Below, piece by piece: positions 12,479-25,803 of a stretch of 64,000 nucleotides of DNA. A program made the translations under genes and the position numbers. The notes beneath the pieces were generated by a model, which was given only the letters and a program-made list of their open reading frames with translations, searched no databases and was not told the DNA's origin. The stretch's first letter is position 1, and the number at the start of each line of letters is the position of its first letter. Source of the DNA: Squalus acanthias. Its lineage: Eukaryota. The DNA is taken from contig CM059433.1 in the NCBI GenBank assembly GCA_030390025.1, positions 30,072,001 to 30,136,000 of the forward strand, read 5' to 3'.

Positions 12479-13339
12479 GCAGTCCATGCCCACATGCAAC
12501 AAGACCTTGACAACATTCAGGTTTGGGCTGATAAGTGGCAGGTAACATTCGCGCCACACAAGTGCCAGGCAATGACTATCTCCAACAAGCGAGAGTCTAA
12601 CCACCACACCTTAACATTCAACGGCATTACCATCGCTGAATTCCCCCATCAACAACATCCTGGGGGTCACATTGACCAGAAACTTAACTGGACCAGCTAC
12701 ATAAATACCGTGGCAACAAGAGCAGGTCAGAGGCTAGGTATTCTGCAGTGAGTGTCTCACCTCCTGACTCCCCAAAGCCTTTCCACCATCTACAAGGCAC
12801 AAGTAAGGAGTGTGATGGAATACTCTCCACTTGCCTGGATGAGTGCAGCTCCAACAACACTCAAGAAGCTCAACACCATCCAGGACAAAGCAGCCCGCTT
12901 GATTGGCACCCCATCCACCACCTTAAACATTCACTCCCTCCACCACCGGCGTACCGTGGCTGCAGTGTGTACCATCTACAAGATGCACTGCAGCAACTCG
13001 CCAAGGTTCCTTCGGAAGCACCTCCCAAACCCGCGACCTCTACCACCTAGAAGGACAAGGGCAGCAGGCGCATGGGAACACCACCACCTCCAAGTTCCCC
13101 TCCAAGTCACAAACCATCCTGACTTGGAAGTATATCGCTATTCCTTCATCGTCGCTGGGTCAAAATCCTGGAACTCCCTCCCTAACAGCACTGTGGGAGT
13201 ACCTTCACCACACGGACTGCAGCAGTTCAAGAAGGCAACTCACCACCACCTTCTCAAGGGCAATTAGGGATGGGCAATAAATGTTCGCCTTGCCAGTGAC
13301 GTCCAAATCCCATGAACGAATAAAAAAAAAAGCTTCCAC

Positions 13340-13900
13340 CCTATTCCCTTCCACGCCACCCAGGGAACGTCTGCCATAATGGGCAGCTTGCATTGTACAC
13401 GTATCAAGCAAGTGTTGAATACTTTGGCCACAAATTTCCTTGCCTCTTCCCATTCTGGTTTGGAAGTGCAGCTAAAATGGGGTTCCACTGCACTTCATGC
13501 GTAAGTGGTGAGCAGTTCAGAGGCCAAGAATTTCCTATCAGCAAGAAGCAACACCTTAATAGCTTGGATTGTGGCAATGGGGATCAGCTGGCCAAGTTCC
13601 AGAGCTTTGCCAGACTCTCTCAATGCAAGGTATTGAAGATGGCACTTGTGGTTACCAGGATTCATATCAACCCTATGGGCTACATGGAGAGAGTTTACAT
13701 TCAATGTTCCTTTTTGAATCTGACCACAAAAAACTCTACGTATGTCAATGGCAGTTATCCACAATGCCTTCATTATGTGGTAATCCACAGGGCCTGCGAA
13801 GAAATGCTTTTGAGGGAGTGGTGAATGGCTGTTAAGATCAGGGCCAACAGCTACATCCACGGTTGCTGACCCTACTGAGAGACACACTGACACCCGAGGG
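13340..13900 (+). pseudogene. Heavily decayed Harbinger (HARBI1-like) transposase relic
   Basis: Remnant motifs MQGIEDGTC, LHSM and VNGSYP in the same order as GAVDGTH, FHSLNV and VNA..GSAHDAF of the clearer copy at 20900-21900. Confidence 0.4.
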
Positions 13901-14146
13901 ACACCTTAAGTTGGAAGCCTGAATATTTGTTTTCTGTTCCTCAACCGCCACCTCATCCTGCAAGAAGCGTGTAGTCCAGCTTCTATATAATGAGTGTTCA
14001 AAAGGGCAGTTGGAGTGTGCAACACTTTAAATGGTACCTTCCTAACCTAGGATTGTATTGTGTATAGGCCACATAAGAAATGTGGGCAAATGGAAGATGC
14101 ACATTTTCCTTTATTTTTCTCCTGATGGAAGCAAATTTCTTATTTA

Positions 14147-14880
14147 GGAACATAGGAACAGGAGTAGGCTATTCAGCCCCTCTAGCCTGTTCTGCCATTC
14201 AATGAGATCATGGTTGATCTGTATCTTGACTCCATCCACCTGCCTTGGCTCCATATCCTTTTACACCCTTGTCTAGCAAAAGTCTATCGATCTCAGACTT
14301 AATATTAATTGAGTTAGCATCTGTTTTCTGTGGGAGAGAGCTCCACACTTCTATCACCCTTTACTTGAAGATATGTTTCCTAATGTCTATCCTGAATAGA
14401 CTGGCTTTGATTTTAAGCTTGTCTCCTTGTCCTAGTCTCTCTCTTCTCCACTCTCTTCGAAAGAGCTGGCGCAGACTCGACGGGCCGAATGGCCTCTTTC
14501 TGTGCTGTACTGTTCTATGATTCTATGTATCATTCTGATGAATCTGCACTTCCTCCAAGGCCAATATATCCTTCCTGAGGTATGGTGCCTAGAAATGAAC
14601 ACAGTGCTCCAGATGGGGTCTAACCAGAGCACTGTACAGCTGTAACATAACTTTCACCCCTTTGTATTCCAGCCCTCTTGAGATAAAGACCAACATTCCA
14701 TTAGCCTTTTCAATTATTTGTTGTATTTGTCCACTAGTTTTTAGTGATTTCTGTACTTGGATCCCTAAATCTCTCTGCTCCTCCATAGTTCCCAGCTTCA
14801 CACTATTTCGTTCTATCTTTCTTGCGACCAATGTGGATGACCTCACGCTTCCCATCTGCCACAGTTTTGCCCACACACTT
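14147..14880 (-). mobile_element. CR1 3' fragments
   Basis: LVRPHLEHCVHF and ANGML peptides; tail aggaacataggaacaggagtagg. Confidence 0.8.
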
Positions 14881-15715
14881 AATCAAGGAGGGCCACAGTA
14901 CCAGGAGAACCCTCAGTGCTCATGGGTACTGAGCAGCAACTAGTACTACATTGGCAGAAATAGGTGGTTCATAAGGTTTCAGAAGCCAGTAAAAGTCAGT
15001 ACCTGTGGAGTCTGACCATAGTCCAAAGCTGGCACATACAAGTCATTGATGTCTTCTATTTATTTACTGTGTACATTTGTTTCATAAGAGGAAAGAACCA
15101 TTTATTTTTTGGGTTCAGTCACATGGATGGGATCGAAACTTTGGATGTTAGAAGGAGAGCAGACTTTTCCCATACTTTACAGAACAACCTATTCATCTGT
15201 TCTGTTTTTGTGTCCATCTTTTCTGTGAAATTTGATTCGTAACGCTATCACCAGCAAGTCCCATTCATGGCATTTATTCTAGTCATAAACATTATATATT
15301 TTTTAATACAAGTCCCGAGCACTGACCTGGACCAAGTTTCACTGACAGAGCCATAGCAATTAAAATCAATTTGGTCTGGCACTTGGGTTCCCACTACACT
15401 GTCTCAACACTATGCCTTAAACAACCTCAAAAAAGCATAATCTTATCATGTACTGCACCATTGAGAATTTCCTTTTCTGTCATGTTAGCTATCCTTGTGG
15501 CTTTTGAGTGAATGTCAACCTTGGTGTAGATTTGTGCCATGGGTGCCTATCAAAGAATGGATTTCCTGACTGATTTGTGGTATGTGAAAATTGTTTGAAC
15601 AATGAGAAGCATTAAACCTAAATTTACCCCCCCCCCCCAAAAAAAAAGGAAATCTAGTGTCAACATTGATTTACCTGAAAGATGCAGAGAAAAACTTAAA
15701 ATGTTGTAATAGTTA

Positions 15716-16165
15716 TAGAAAGAAAGAAACTCTTGCATTTATATAGCCTGTTTCACAACCTCAGGATGTCCCAAAGCACTTTACAGCCAATGAAGTACTT
15801 TTGAGGAGTAGTCACTGTTGTAATGTAGGAAACGCGGCAGCCAATTCGCACACAGCAAGCTCCCACAAACAGCAATGTGATAATGACCAGATAATTTGTT
15901 TTGGTGGTGTTGGTTGAGGGATAAATATTGGCCAGGACACTGGGGAGAACTCCCCTGTTCTTCAAATAGTGCCATGGGATTTTTTACATCCACTTGAGAG
16001 AACAGACACCTCATTAAAAGACAGCACCTCTGACAGTGCAGCACTCCCTCAATATACTGGCACTGGAGTGTCAGCCTAGATTATGTGCTTAAGTCTCTGG
16101 AGTGGGAGTTGAAACCACAGCCTTCTGACTGCAGCGAGAGTGCTACCATTGAGCCACGGCTGGCA
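15716..16165 (-). mobile_element. DeuSINE-type tRNA SINE (SacSINE1-like)
   Basis: Head with B-box-like motif, core gatgtaaaa.atcccatggcactattt, tail tataaatgcaag..tttctttc; many copies in the window. Confidence 0.8.
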
Positions 16166-17158
16166 TAGGAAGGGAAATGTCACTTATGGTTCTCCTCAGA
16201 TGACGACTGAATAATGGTAATTGATAGACGGGTAACAATATTATAATAAATTGTATTACAACTTTCACAAATTGCGTTTACATTCTACTATACCTTTTAA
16301 TATGATAAAATCACAAGTGCTGTTAAACAGAAGTTGATAATATTAACAGCCACTTATGATTGGGATTTTTTTCTGGAGAATCCTAATGGCTGGCAATGCT
16401 GTAATTGAATCTAGGTGTTCATTCGGATGCAAGAGTGAAACTTGAGTGGTTTTTAAATCACCTTTATAAACCTGAAAGGTCAGGCGTGAAATGTCTTTTG
16501 TTTCATAGATTTTGTGCTGTTTCATTTGTGGGTGGCATTTTTCATTTTGATTTTAGGTTCACGTTCCAGTACGTGTTGTCTCCTGTTTCATAAATTGTCA
16601 GCAGGCTCCACATCCATGATGCTTAATAATAATGACAGGTATCAACTTGGCATTAGAGCATCAATGAGATTCATTGCCTGATAGTTTACCATGCGTGTAT
16701 ATATTGTATTACACCATGTGAAAACAAAAGCTAATAAATGATAACAAGGCGTAGAATCAGGTGACATGTATTGCATATATTTATGCTTATGTTTTTGATT
16801 GACTAAAAATAATCTATCAAAATAAAAAACATAGGCATTAGGCTACTTTCCTATTTCATAACACTACTGGCTGTTGATTCTGTTGGTCAGTCTCATCTGC
16901 ACTTCTTTATGACCAAGTATATCTCCCACAGGGGCACAATTTGGCAAAAGCACCTTGGAAAAATAGCATAGTTTGAACAAAACAAAAATGTCCAATGACT
17001 CCATCATGATGTAAATCAAAATAAAAACAGTATGATCCCTTACTTTGCAAGGATGATACCAGAACTGAGAGGTTATACCTATCAGGAAAAACTGAACAGG
17101 CTGGCGCTCTTTCCTCTAGAAAAGCAAAGGCTGAGGGGTGACCTGATAGAGGTCTTAG

Positions 17159-17580
17159 TGTCAGCCATGGCTCAGTGGGTAGCACACCTGTCTCTGGAAT
17201 CACAGGGTTGTGGGTTCAAGTCCCACTCCAGACACTTGAGCACACAATCTAGGCTAACACTCCAGTGCAGTACTGAGGGAGTGCTGCACAGTTGGAGGTG
17301 CCGTCTTTCAGATGAGACATTAAACCGAGGCTCTCAGGTGGATGTAAAAGATCCCATGGCACCATTTCGAAGAAGAGCAGGGGAGTTCTGGCCAATATTT
17401 ATCCCTCAATCAACATCACTGAAAACAGATTATCTGTTCATTATCACATTGCTATTTGTGGGAGCCGCGTTTCCTACATTACAACAGTGACTACACTTCA
17501 AAAAGTACTTCATTGGCTATAAAGTGCTTTGGTACGTCCGGTGGTCGTGAAAAATGCTATATAAATGCAATCTTTCTTTC
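17159..17580 (+). mobile_element. DeuSINE-type SINE (SacSINE1-like)
   Basis: gtcagccatggctcagtggg head, ggttcaagtccc B box, shared core and tail. Confidence 0.85.
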
Positions 17581-17631
17581 GTAGGGAAGATGTTTCCACT
17601 TGTGGGGGAGTCCAAAACTAGGGGTCATAAA

Positions 17632-17807
17632 GAATGCTCCCTCTAAATATTATCGTGGGTATGCGGCCGTTTATTTAAATGCACGGTACTTTTAAATTTG
17701 CAGCGCAGCCGCGCATGCGCAGTATCAACGAGTCAGCTTGTGAGCGATCTGCGCGGTACCTTCACAGATGGGTGCGCACCCACCCACGCAGCTTACAGGG
17801 ACCATTG
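17632..17807. mobile_element. hAT-type MITE
   Basis: Imperfect 15-bp TIR (gaatgctccctctaa / ttacagggaccattg); 8-bp TSD gtcataaa / gtcatcaa. Confidence 0.7.
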
Positions 17808-18874
17808 GTCATCAATATAAGATAGTCACTAATAAATCCAATAAGGAATTCAGGAACAACTTCTTTACCCCGTAAGTGGTGAGAATGTGGAACTACAAGG
17901 ATTGGTTGAAGTGAATAGCATAAATGCATTTAAGGGGAAGCTAGATAACCACATGAGGGAGAAAGGAATAGAGGGTTATGCTGACGGGGTTAGATGAAGA
18001 GGCTCGTGTGGAGCATAAACACCGGCATAAACCAGTTGGGCTGAATGGCCTGTTTCTGTGCTGTAAATTGTATGTGATGTAAAAAAAACAAGGCACCATT
18101 TATATTCTGTTATTTATATTGTGGAAGCCCTGCCTGTTGGAGAGGGTGTAGAACAACCGGTGCATGTGCAATTGTTTAAGAGTCGTGATCGCTGGAAGCT
18201 CAACCCACACACAGCCAGAACAAAGCCTTGGCATCCAGCACTGTGGCGAAGGCCAATTGCATTGGCAGCCAGTGGTACTGCAGCTGGTGATACGCCTCCA
18301 GAACAAGGAAGTGTCAGATGATGTCCTTTGCCTCCAGAGGCCAGTGCACCACCTCATTTAATGTTATGGACGTGCCAATGTCAGTCAGAGCTAACTTGGC
18401 GCCCATATTCAATCAAATCCAGAATACTCAAGAGTCTCACATCAGTCAGAGGTAATGTAGTGGAATCAGTAAGCAGGAACAAACGTGATGATTATTAAGA
18501 AAGAAAGACTTGCACTTACATATCGCCTTTCATGACCTCAGGACGTCCACTATTATGCAGCTGCTGCAGAATTAGTTGCACCATAAAAACATGATGGTTT
18601 GTACAGCAGCAGGATTGGACAGCTTGCACTGCAGAACTGGTTGAGAAGATGCTCCTCTACTCGAACTGCAGCAATAGGTGAGCAAATGCTATGTAGTGCA
18701 GTCTTGCAGGGATCCGCAGAATACAAACACACAGGGTAGAATAATATTGATTGTAGTGTTTGATTGGCATGAAGTTTTTGTTTGATTACTTTCAGGGATC
18801 ACTGGGAAGTTTTTGCATGGTCGAACATAAACGTGGAAATCCAGAAGTTGCTGTCAGTCATTTTACGCTTTTCC

Positions 18875-20467
18875 ATAAGAACATAAGAAATCAAAATTTG
18901 GCCCTTTGAGCCTGCTCCGCCGTTCAACAAGATCATGGCTGATCTTCTCCCTCAACTCCACCTTCCCGCACTATCCCCATATCCCTTAGTTCCCAAAAAT
19001 TTATCGACCTCTGTCTTGAATATACTGAATGACTGAGCATCCACAACTCTCTGCGGTAGATAATTCCAAAGATTCATAACCCTTTAAGTGAAGATATTTC
19101 TCCTCATCTCAGTCCTAAATGGACTACCCCTGATTCTGAGACTGTGACCCCGTGTTCTAGATTCCCCAGCCAGGGGAAACATTTTCCCAGCATTAACCCG
19201 GTCAAGCTCCTTAAGAATTTTATATGTTTCAATTAGATCACCTCTCATTCTTTTAAACTCTAGGGAATATAGGTTTAGTCTACTCAATCTCTCCTCATAG
19301 GGCAATCCCCCTCATCCCAGGAACCAGTCTAGTGAACCTTTGTTGCACTCCCTCTGAGGCAAGGATGTCTTTCCTTAGGTAAGGCAAGGATGTCTTTCCT
19401 TAGGTAAGGAGACCAGAACTGTACACAGTACTCCAGGTGTGGCCTCACCAATGTCCTGTATAATTGTAAATGTGAGAAGTTGCACAACACCAGGTTATAG
19501 TCCAACAGTTTTATTTGAAATCACAAGCTTTCGGAGCGCTGCTTCTTCGTCAGGAGCAGCGCTCCGAGAGCTTGTGATTTTAAATAAAACTGTTGGACTA
19601 TAACCTGGTGTTGTGCGACTTCTCACATTTGTCCACCCCAGTCCAACACCGGCATCTCCACATCCTGTATAATTGTAGTAAGACTTCTTTATTCTTATAC
19701 GCGAATCCCTTTGTAACAAAAGCTAACATACCATTTGCTTTCTTGATTGCTTGCTGTACCTGCATGTTAACTTTCTGTGATTCATGTACAAGGACACCCA
19801 GGTCCCTGTGAATGCAAACATTTCCCAATCTCTCACCATTCAAAAAATATTCTGCTTTTTTGTTTTTCCTACCAAAGTGGATAACTTCACACTTCCCCAC
19901 ATTATATTCCATTTGCCATGTTCTTGCCCACTCAGTCAACTTGTCTATAACCCTCTGCAGCCTCTTTGCGTCCTCCTCACAGCTTACTTTCCCACCTAAT
20001 TTGTATCATCAGCAAACTTGGATACGTTACACTCAGTTCCTTCATCCAAGTCATTAATGTAGATTGTAAATAGCTGAAGCCCAAGCACTGATCCTTGCGG
20101 TTCCCCGCTAGTTACAGCCTGCCAACCTGAAAAAGTCCCATTTTTTCCTACTCTGTTTTCTGTCCATTAACCAATCCGCAATCCATGCTAATATATTACC
20201 CCAATCCCATGAGTGCTAATTTTGTGTAATAACCTCTTGTGTGGCACCTTATTGAATGCTTTTTGAAAATCCAAATACACTACATCCACTGGTTCTCCCT
20301 TATCCATCCTACTAGTTACATCTTCAAAAAACTCTAACAGATTTGTCAAACACGATTTCCTTTTCATAAAACCATGTTGACTCTGCCTAAGCATATTACG
20401 ATTTTCTAAGTGTCCTGTTACCACGTCCCTAATAATAGATTCTAGCATTTTGCCTACTATTGAGGTC
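18875..20467 (-). mobile_element. CR1 ORF2 3' half
   Basis: YLDFQKAFNKVPH, KCEVIHFGRKN, RMRGDLIETYK peptides; cataagaacataag tail. Confidence 0.9.
19469..19662. mobile_element. Short fold-back Penelope-type insertion (second family) with hammerhead core
   Basis: 15-bp TSD tcctgtataattgta (19454-19468 / 19663-19677); about 75-bp inverted arms; minus-strand CTGACGA-agaagcagcgctcc-GAAA-gcttg at 19522-19554. Confidence 0.75.
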
Positions 20468-20899
20468 ACGGTGCGCTGTTGAAGTCTCCGACATTGAAAG
20501 TAACATAGAAAGCAACATAGTGGTGAGAACTTGGGCTAATTGCCCACTTCTAATGAAGTAGTATTGCTAGAAAATTTTAGGGCTTGTGTGAGTAGGCGCA
20601 AGGAGCCTGTTTGACATTCGCGAATACTTAATGAAGGAACGATTATACCAGAAGGAGATTCTTACATGGAATAATCTCACCTAAAACGGCTGTGAGACAC
20701 AGCTCTCAGATTTTTCAATTTTATTTCACATTTATATGACTTTTTAAAATATTGTTCACATTTACATGACATTTTAAAATGATAACATTTCTATGCTTTT
20801 TTAAAAATTTTGTTCTCACCCATCTGACTTTAAAAAAAAATTTCACATGTACTGCAACTGCTTAAAGAGGAAGTCTGTGAGGGAGAAACATGCCTTTTC

Positions 20900-21900
20900 C
20901 ACTCGTGACCCCACTATTGTATGCTTTGTGCGTAATGTCGGAGGAGTTGTGTGTGAGGAGACTACGCTTCAGTGAAGAGGCAATCGGCCGCCTCTGATGT
21001 GTTAAAGGAGGACCTTCAGCCACGTTCAAAGTGCCGCACTGCCTTGTCAGTGGTCATAAAGGTAACCACAGCACTCAAATTTTATGCATGCGGGACATTT
21101 CAGTCAGGCACCGGTGACATGTGCAACATCACCTAGAACGCTGTGAGGGTCTGCATTCACCAGGTCACAGATACCATATTCCATAGGGCTTCCGAGTTCA
21201 TCAACTTTGACATGTCCCCAGTGCAGTAAGGGGAGAGGTCCATCGCATTCCATAGGATCGCTGGCTTCCCCAAAGTGCTTGGGGCCGTCGATGGAACCCA
21301 TAACCCATTGAAGGCACCGAATGATACACTCATCACATACATCAGCAGGAAGAGGTTTCATTCATTAAATGTGATGATTCTTCATGATGCCCAACTGCGG
21401 ATTCTGAATGTCAATGCAGATCACTGGGGAAGTGCTCATGATGCATTCATCCCCCGGCACTCAAGGCTTACATGATGCCCTCAGTAGATTGCGTCCAGAA
21501 TCTTGATGGATATTAGGTGACAAGGGCTATCCACTGAAGCCGTGGCTGATGACACCCTACCACAGGACCAATAGTGAAGCACAGGAAAGTTACAACCATG
21601 CACATGTATGCACTCACCAAGTGATGGAGTGGACAATCGATGTGCTGAAATCGTGCTTCCGGTGCCTGGACAGAGCAGGGGGACTTAGCAGTACTCAACT
21701 GTGAAAGTGGCGAGGATTGTGGTGGTCTGTTGTGCATTGCACAACTTTGCCCTGCGGGAGGGACTGACTCTTAACCCAACAGACAAGATTCTGGTGGAAA
21801 TGGACGACATGGAGGATCCCAACACGGACGTTGCTGGGGCTATGCTTCATGGCCCACCCGAGGCGGGCAGGGCGGCTAGAGTGTAGCTGGTGGCTCATGC
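20900..21900 (+). pseudogene. PIF/Harbinger DDE transposase (HARBI1-like) pseudogene
   Basis: [58 protein letters not shown] and CCALHNFAL motifs in order, broken by stops and frameshifts. Confidence 0.88.
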
Positions 21901-22995
21901 ATTTAGACAGTGATGAGAGGGGCAAGAGGGCTCCTCCCTCCCCCAGGAAGACACACAAAAGAACAGGCAAGAAAGTGAAACAGTGAAATTATTCTGGCAC
22001 CAAATAGCATTGCAAGCCTTTTGAGATAGTTATTGTTAACATTGTATAAACAGGAGTTGCTTAGTGCAAGACTTGAAATACAAATTGAGTTAACTAGCTA
22101 TTTGCTACAATGAAATGTTTAAATTTTTTATTAACATCAACCATTTTAACAGTTTAAAAAGACTTCAGATTATAACTTAAGTGCAACAGAAACAAAATCA
22201 ATTATAATGCAATCATTCATAAATATAAATTTCAATAAATAACACCAACGTTTCAAGAATAGCAAACATCAAACAAATAATAGACATGCCCCCTCGCATC
22301 CGTGCCTGAAGGTCACTGTGACAAAGGATGTGAGTAAAAGGAGGTGGACTCTGCAAGAGGTGGCACCCTACTGCCTCCTGCGTCTTGTCCTTCCCTGTGA
22401 TGTGACCCCTCTTGTGCCAAGGGCAGGACCTCTGTGTGTTATCTTTTTTTATTCATTCATGGGAAGTAGGCGTCACTGGCAAGGCCAGCATTTATTGGCC
22501 ATCCCTAATTGCCCTCGAGAAGGTGGTGGTGAGCTGCCTTCTTGAACCGCTGCGGTCCGTATGGTGAAGGTACTCCCACAGTGCTGTTAGGGAGGGAGTT
22601 CCAGGATTTTGACCCAGCGTCGATGAAGGAATGGCAATATACTTCTAAGTCAGGATGGTGAGTGACTTGGAGGAAAGTTTGGAGGTGATGGTGGTGTTCC
22701 CATGCACCTGCTGCCCTTGTCCTTCTAGGTGGTAGAGGTCGCGGGTTTGGGAAGTGCTGTTGAAGAAGCCTTGGCAAGTTGCTGCAGTGCATCTTGTAGA
22801 TGGCACACACTGCAGCCACGGTGCGCCGGTGGTGGAGGGAGTGAATGTTTAAGGTGGTGGATGGGGTGCCAATGAAGCATGCTGCTTTGTCCTGGATCTT
22901 GTTGAGTTTCTTGAGTGTTGTTGGAGGTGCACTCATCCTGGCAAGTGGAGAGTATTCCATCACACTCCTGACTTGTGCCTTGTAGGTGATGGAAA

Positions 22996-24672
22996 CATAG
23001 AAACATAGAAGATAGGAGCAGGAGTAGGCCATTCGGCCCCTCTAGCCTGCTCCGCCATTCAATGCAATTATGGCTGATCATCCAAATTCAGAACCCTGTC
23101 CCTGCTTTCTCCCCATATCCCTTTAGCCTTAAGAAATATATCCAACTCCTTCTTGAATATATTTAATGAATTGGCCTCTACTGCCTTCTGTGGTAGAGAA
23201 TTCCACAGGTTCACCACCCTCTGGGTGAAGAAATTCCTCCTCATTTCTGTCCTAAATGGCTTACCCCTTATCCTTAGACTGTGACCCCTGGTTCTGGACT
23301 CCCCGACCATCGGGAACATCCTTCCTGCATCTAGTCTGTCCAGTCCTGTCAGAATTTTATAAGTTTCAATGAGATCCCCTCTCATTCTTCTAAACTCCAG
23401 TGAGTATAAGCCCAATCGACCCAATCTCTCCTCATACGTCATTCCTGCCATCCCAGGTATCAGCCTGGTGAATCTTCGCTGAACTCCTTCCATGGCATGA
23501 ACCTCCTTCCTCAGATAAGGCAACCAAAACTGCACACAATACTCAAGATGTGGTCTCACCAAGGCCCTGTACAACTGCAGCAAGACATCCTTGTTCCTGC
23601 ACTCAAACCCTCTCGCTACGAAGGCCAACATACCATTTGCCTTCTTCACCGCCTGCTGCACCTGCATGCTTACCTTCAGCGACTGGTGCACAAGGACACC
23701 CAGGTCTCATTGCACTTCCCCTTCTCCCAATCTATTGCCATTCAGATAATAATCTGCCTTCCTGTTTTTGCCACCAAAGTGGATAACCTCGCATTTATCC
23801 ACGTTATATTGCATCTGCCATGCTTCTGCCCAATCACCCAACCTGTCCAAATCATCCTGGAGTTTCTCGGCATCTTCCTCACAGCACACACGCCCACCCA
23901 GCTTTGTGTCATCTGCAAACTTGGAGATATTACATCTAGTTCCCTTGTCTCGATCATTAATATATATTGTGAATAGCTGGGGTCCAAGGACCGATCCCTG
24001 CGGTACCTCACTAGTCACTGCCTGCCACTCGGAAAAAGACCCGTTTATTCCAACTCTTTGCTTTCTGTCTGCTAACCAGTTCTCTATCCAAGTCAATACC
24101 TTGCCCCCAATCTCACGTGCCTTAACTTTACACGCTAATCTCTTATGCGGGACCTTATCGAAAGCCTTTTGAAAGTCCAAATACACCACATCCACTGGTT
24201 CTCCCTTATCTATTTTACCAGTTACATCCTCAAAAAATTCCAGTAGATTAGTCAAGCACGATTTACCTTTTGTAAATCCATGTTGACTTTGTCCGATCCT
24301 GTCACTGTTTTCCAAGTGCTCCGCTATTACATCTTTTATAATGGACTCTAGCATTTTCCCCACTACCGATGTCAGGCTTACCGGTCTGTAATTCCCCATT
24401 TTCTCTCTACCATCTTTTTTGAATAGTGGGGTAACATTAGCTACCCTCCAATCCATGGGTATTGTTCCAGATTCCATCGAATGTTGGAAGATGATCAGCA
24501 ATGCATCTACTATTTCTAGGGCCACTTCCTTAAGGACGCTAGGATGTAGATTATCAGACCCTGGGGATTTATCGGCCTTCAATCCCGTCAATTTCCCTAA
24601 CACCATTTCCCTACAAATACTGATTTCTTTCAGTTCCTCCCTTTCATCAGACCCTATGTTCCCTGACATCTC
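22996..24672 (-). mobile_element. Young 5'-truncated CR1 with nearly intact RT
   Basis: ORFs 23707-24747 and 23068-23691 separated by one stop; TSD tggaaa; (TTTCTATG)n tail. Confidence 0.93.
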
Positions 24673-24924
24673 TGGAAAGGCTTTGGGAGTCAGAAGGTGA
24701 GCCACTCGCTGCAGAATACCCAGCCTCTGACCTGCTCTTGTAGCCACAGTATATATATATGGCTGGTCTAGTTAAGGTTCTGGTCAATGGTAACCCCCAG
24801 GATGTTGATGTTGGGGCATTCGGCGATAGTAATGCTGTTGAATGTCATGGGAAGTTGGCGAGACTCTCTCTTGTTGGAGATAGACATTGCCTGGCACTTA
24901 CGTGGCGCGAATGTTACTTGCCAC

Positions 24925-25057
24925 CAACGTTCCCGCTAACCCATGCGGCACACAGCGATCTGGAGGTCCTGCGCAGGCCGCTCACCGGCTTTTACATTGA
25001 AGAAACCGCGCAGTTAAAGGGACCGCACATTTAATATAAAAATTAGAGGGAAGATTG
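24925..25057. mobile_element. hAT-type MITE (133 bp)
   Basis: TIR caacgttcccgctaa / ttagagggaagattg; 8-bp TSD cttgccac / tttgccac. Confidence 0.78.
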
Positions 25058-25803
25058 TTTGCCACTTATCGGCCCAAGCCTGAATCTTGTCCAGGTCTTG
25101 CATACGGGCACGGATAGCTTCATTATCTGAGGAGTTGCAAATGGAACTGAACACTGTGCAATCATCAGTGAACATCCCCACTTCTGACCTTATGATGGAG
25201 GGAAGGTCATTTGTTAAAACAGCTGAAGGTAGTTGGGTCTAGGACACTGCCCGAAGGAACGCCTGCAGCGATGTCCTGGGCCTGAGATGGTTGGCCTCCA
25301 ATAACCACAACCATCTTCCTTTGAGCTAGGTATGACTCCAGCTAGTGGAGAGTTTTCCCCCTGATTCCCATTGACTTCAATTTTACAAGGGCTCCTTGAT
25401 ACCACACTCGGTCAAATGCTGCCTTGATGTAAAGGCAGTCACTCTCACCTCACCTGTAGAATTCAGCTCTTTTGGATGGTGTATGACTTGGAGGGGAACT
25501 TGCAGGTGGTGGTGTTCCCATGCGCCTGCTGCCCTTGTCCTTCTAGGTGGTAGAGGTCGCGGGTTTGGGAGGTGCTGTTGAAGAAGCCATGGCGAGTTGC
25601 TTGTAGATGGTACACACTGCAACCACGGTACGCCGGTGGTGGAGGGAGTGAATGTTTAAAGTGGTGAATGGGGTGCCAATCAAGCGGGTTGCTTTGTCCT
25701 GGATGGTGTTGAGCTTCTTTGTGTTGTTGGAGCATCACTTATTCAGGCAAGTGGAGAGTATTCCATCATGCTCCTGACTTGTGCCTTGCATATTAATTAT
25801 ATT

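Larger units (their letters stand above)
8019..13331 (+). mobile_element. CR1-group LINE (Zenon-like C-terminus), 5'-truncated, split at 9443/12479 by a CR1 insertion
   Basis: Frameshifted RT motifs (ALDIKAAFDQV, GVPQSSVQGP, MFADD); C-terminal YKAQVRSVMEYS..SLHHRR; tail ends gaataaaaaaaaa near 13331. Confidence 0.85.
17040..18075 (+). mobile_element. CR1 3' end interrupted by a SINE and a hAT MITE
   Basis: RLRGDLIEV peptide before 17159; CR1 resumes at 17581 and 17808; tail ggctgaatggcctgtttctgtgctg. Confidence 0.8.
22443..25790 (-). mobile_element. CR1-group (Zenon-like) LINE fragments, split by CR1 and hAT insertions; 3' region repeated at about 25472-25790
   Basis: YKAQVRSVMEYSPLA peptide; A-rich tail at 22443; sequence continues across the insertion at 22995/24673. 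Confidence 0.85.

Noticed and set aside
19357..19406. 25-bp tandem duplication aggcaaggatgtctttccttaggta
   Set aside because: Local slippage inside a dead CR1; no sign of function.
20900..21900. Host HARBI1 gene
   Set aside because: Multiple stops and frameshifts and no exon structure; a dead transposase.
23707..24747. 346-aa ORF as a novel chimeric gene
   Set aside because: Chance in-frame junction between a host LINE and an inserted CR1 at 24672.
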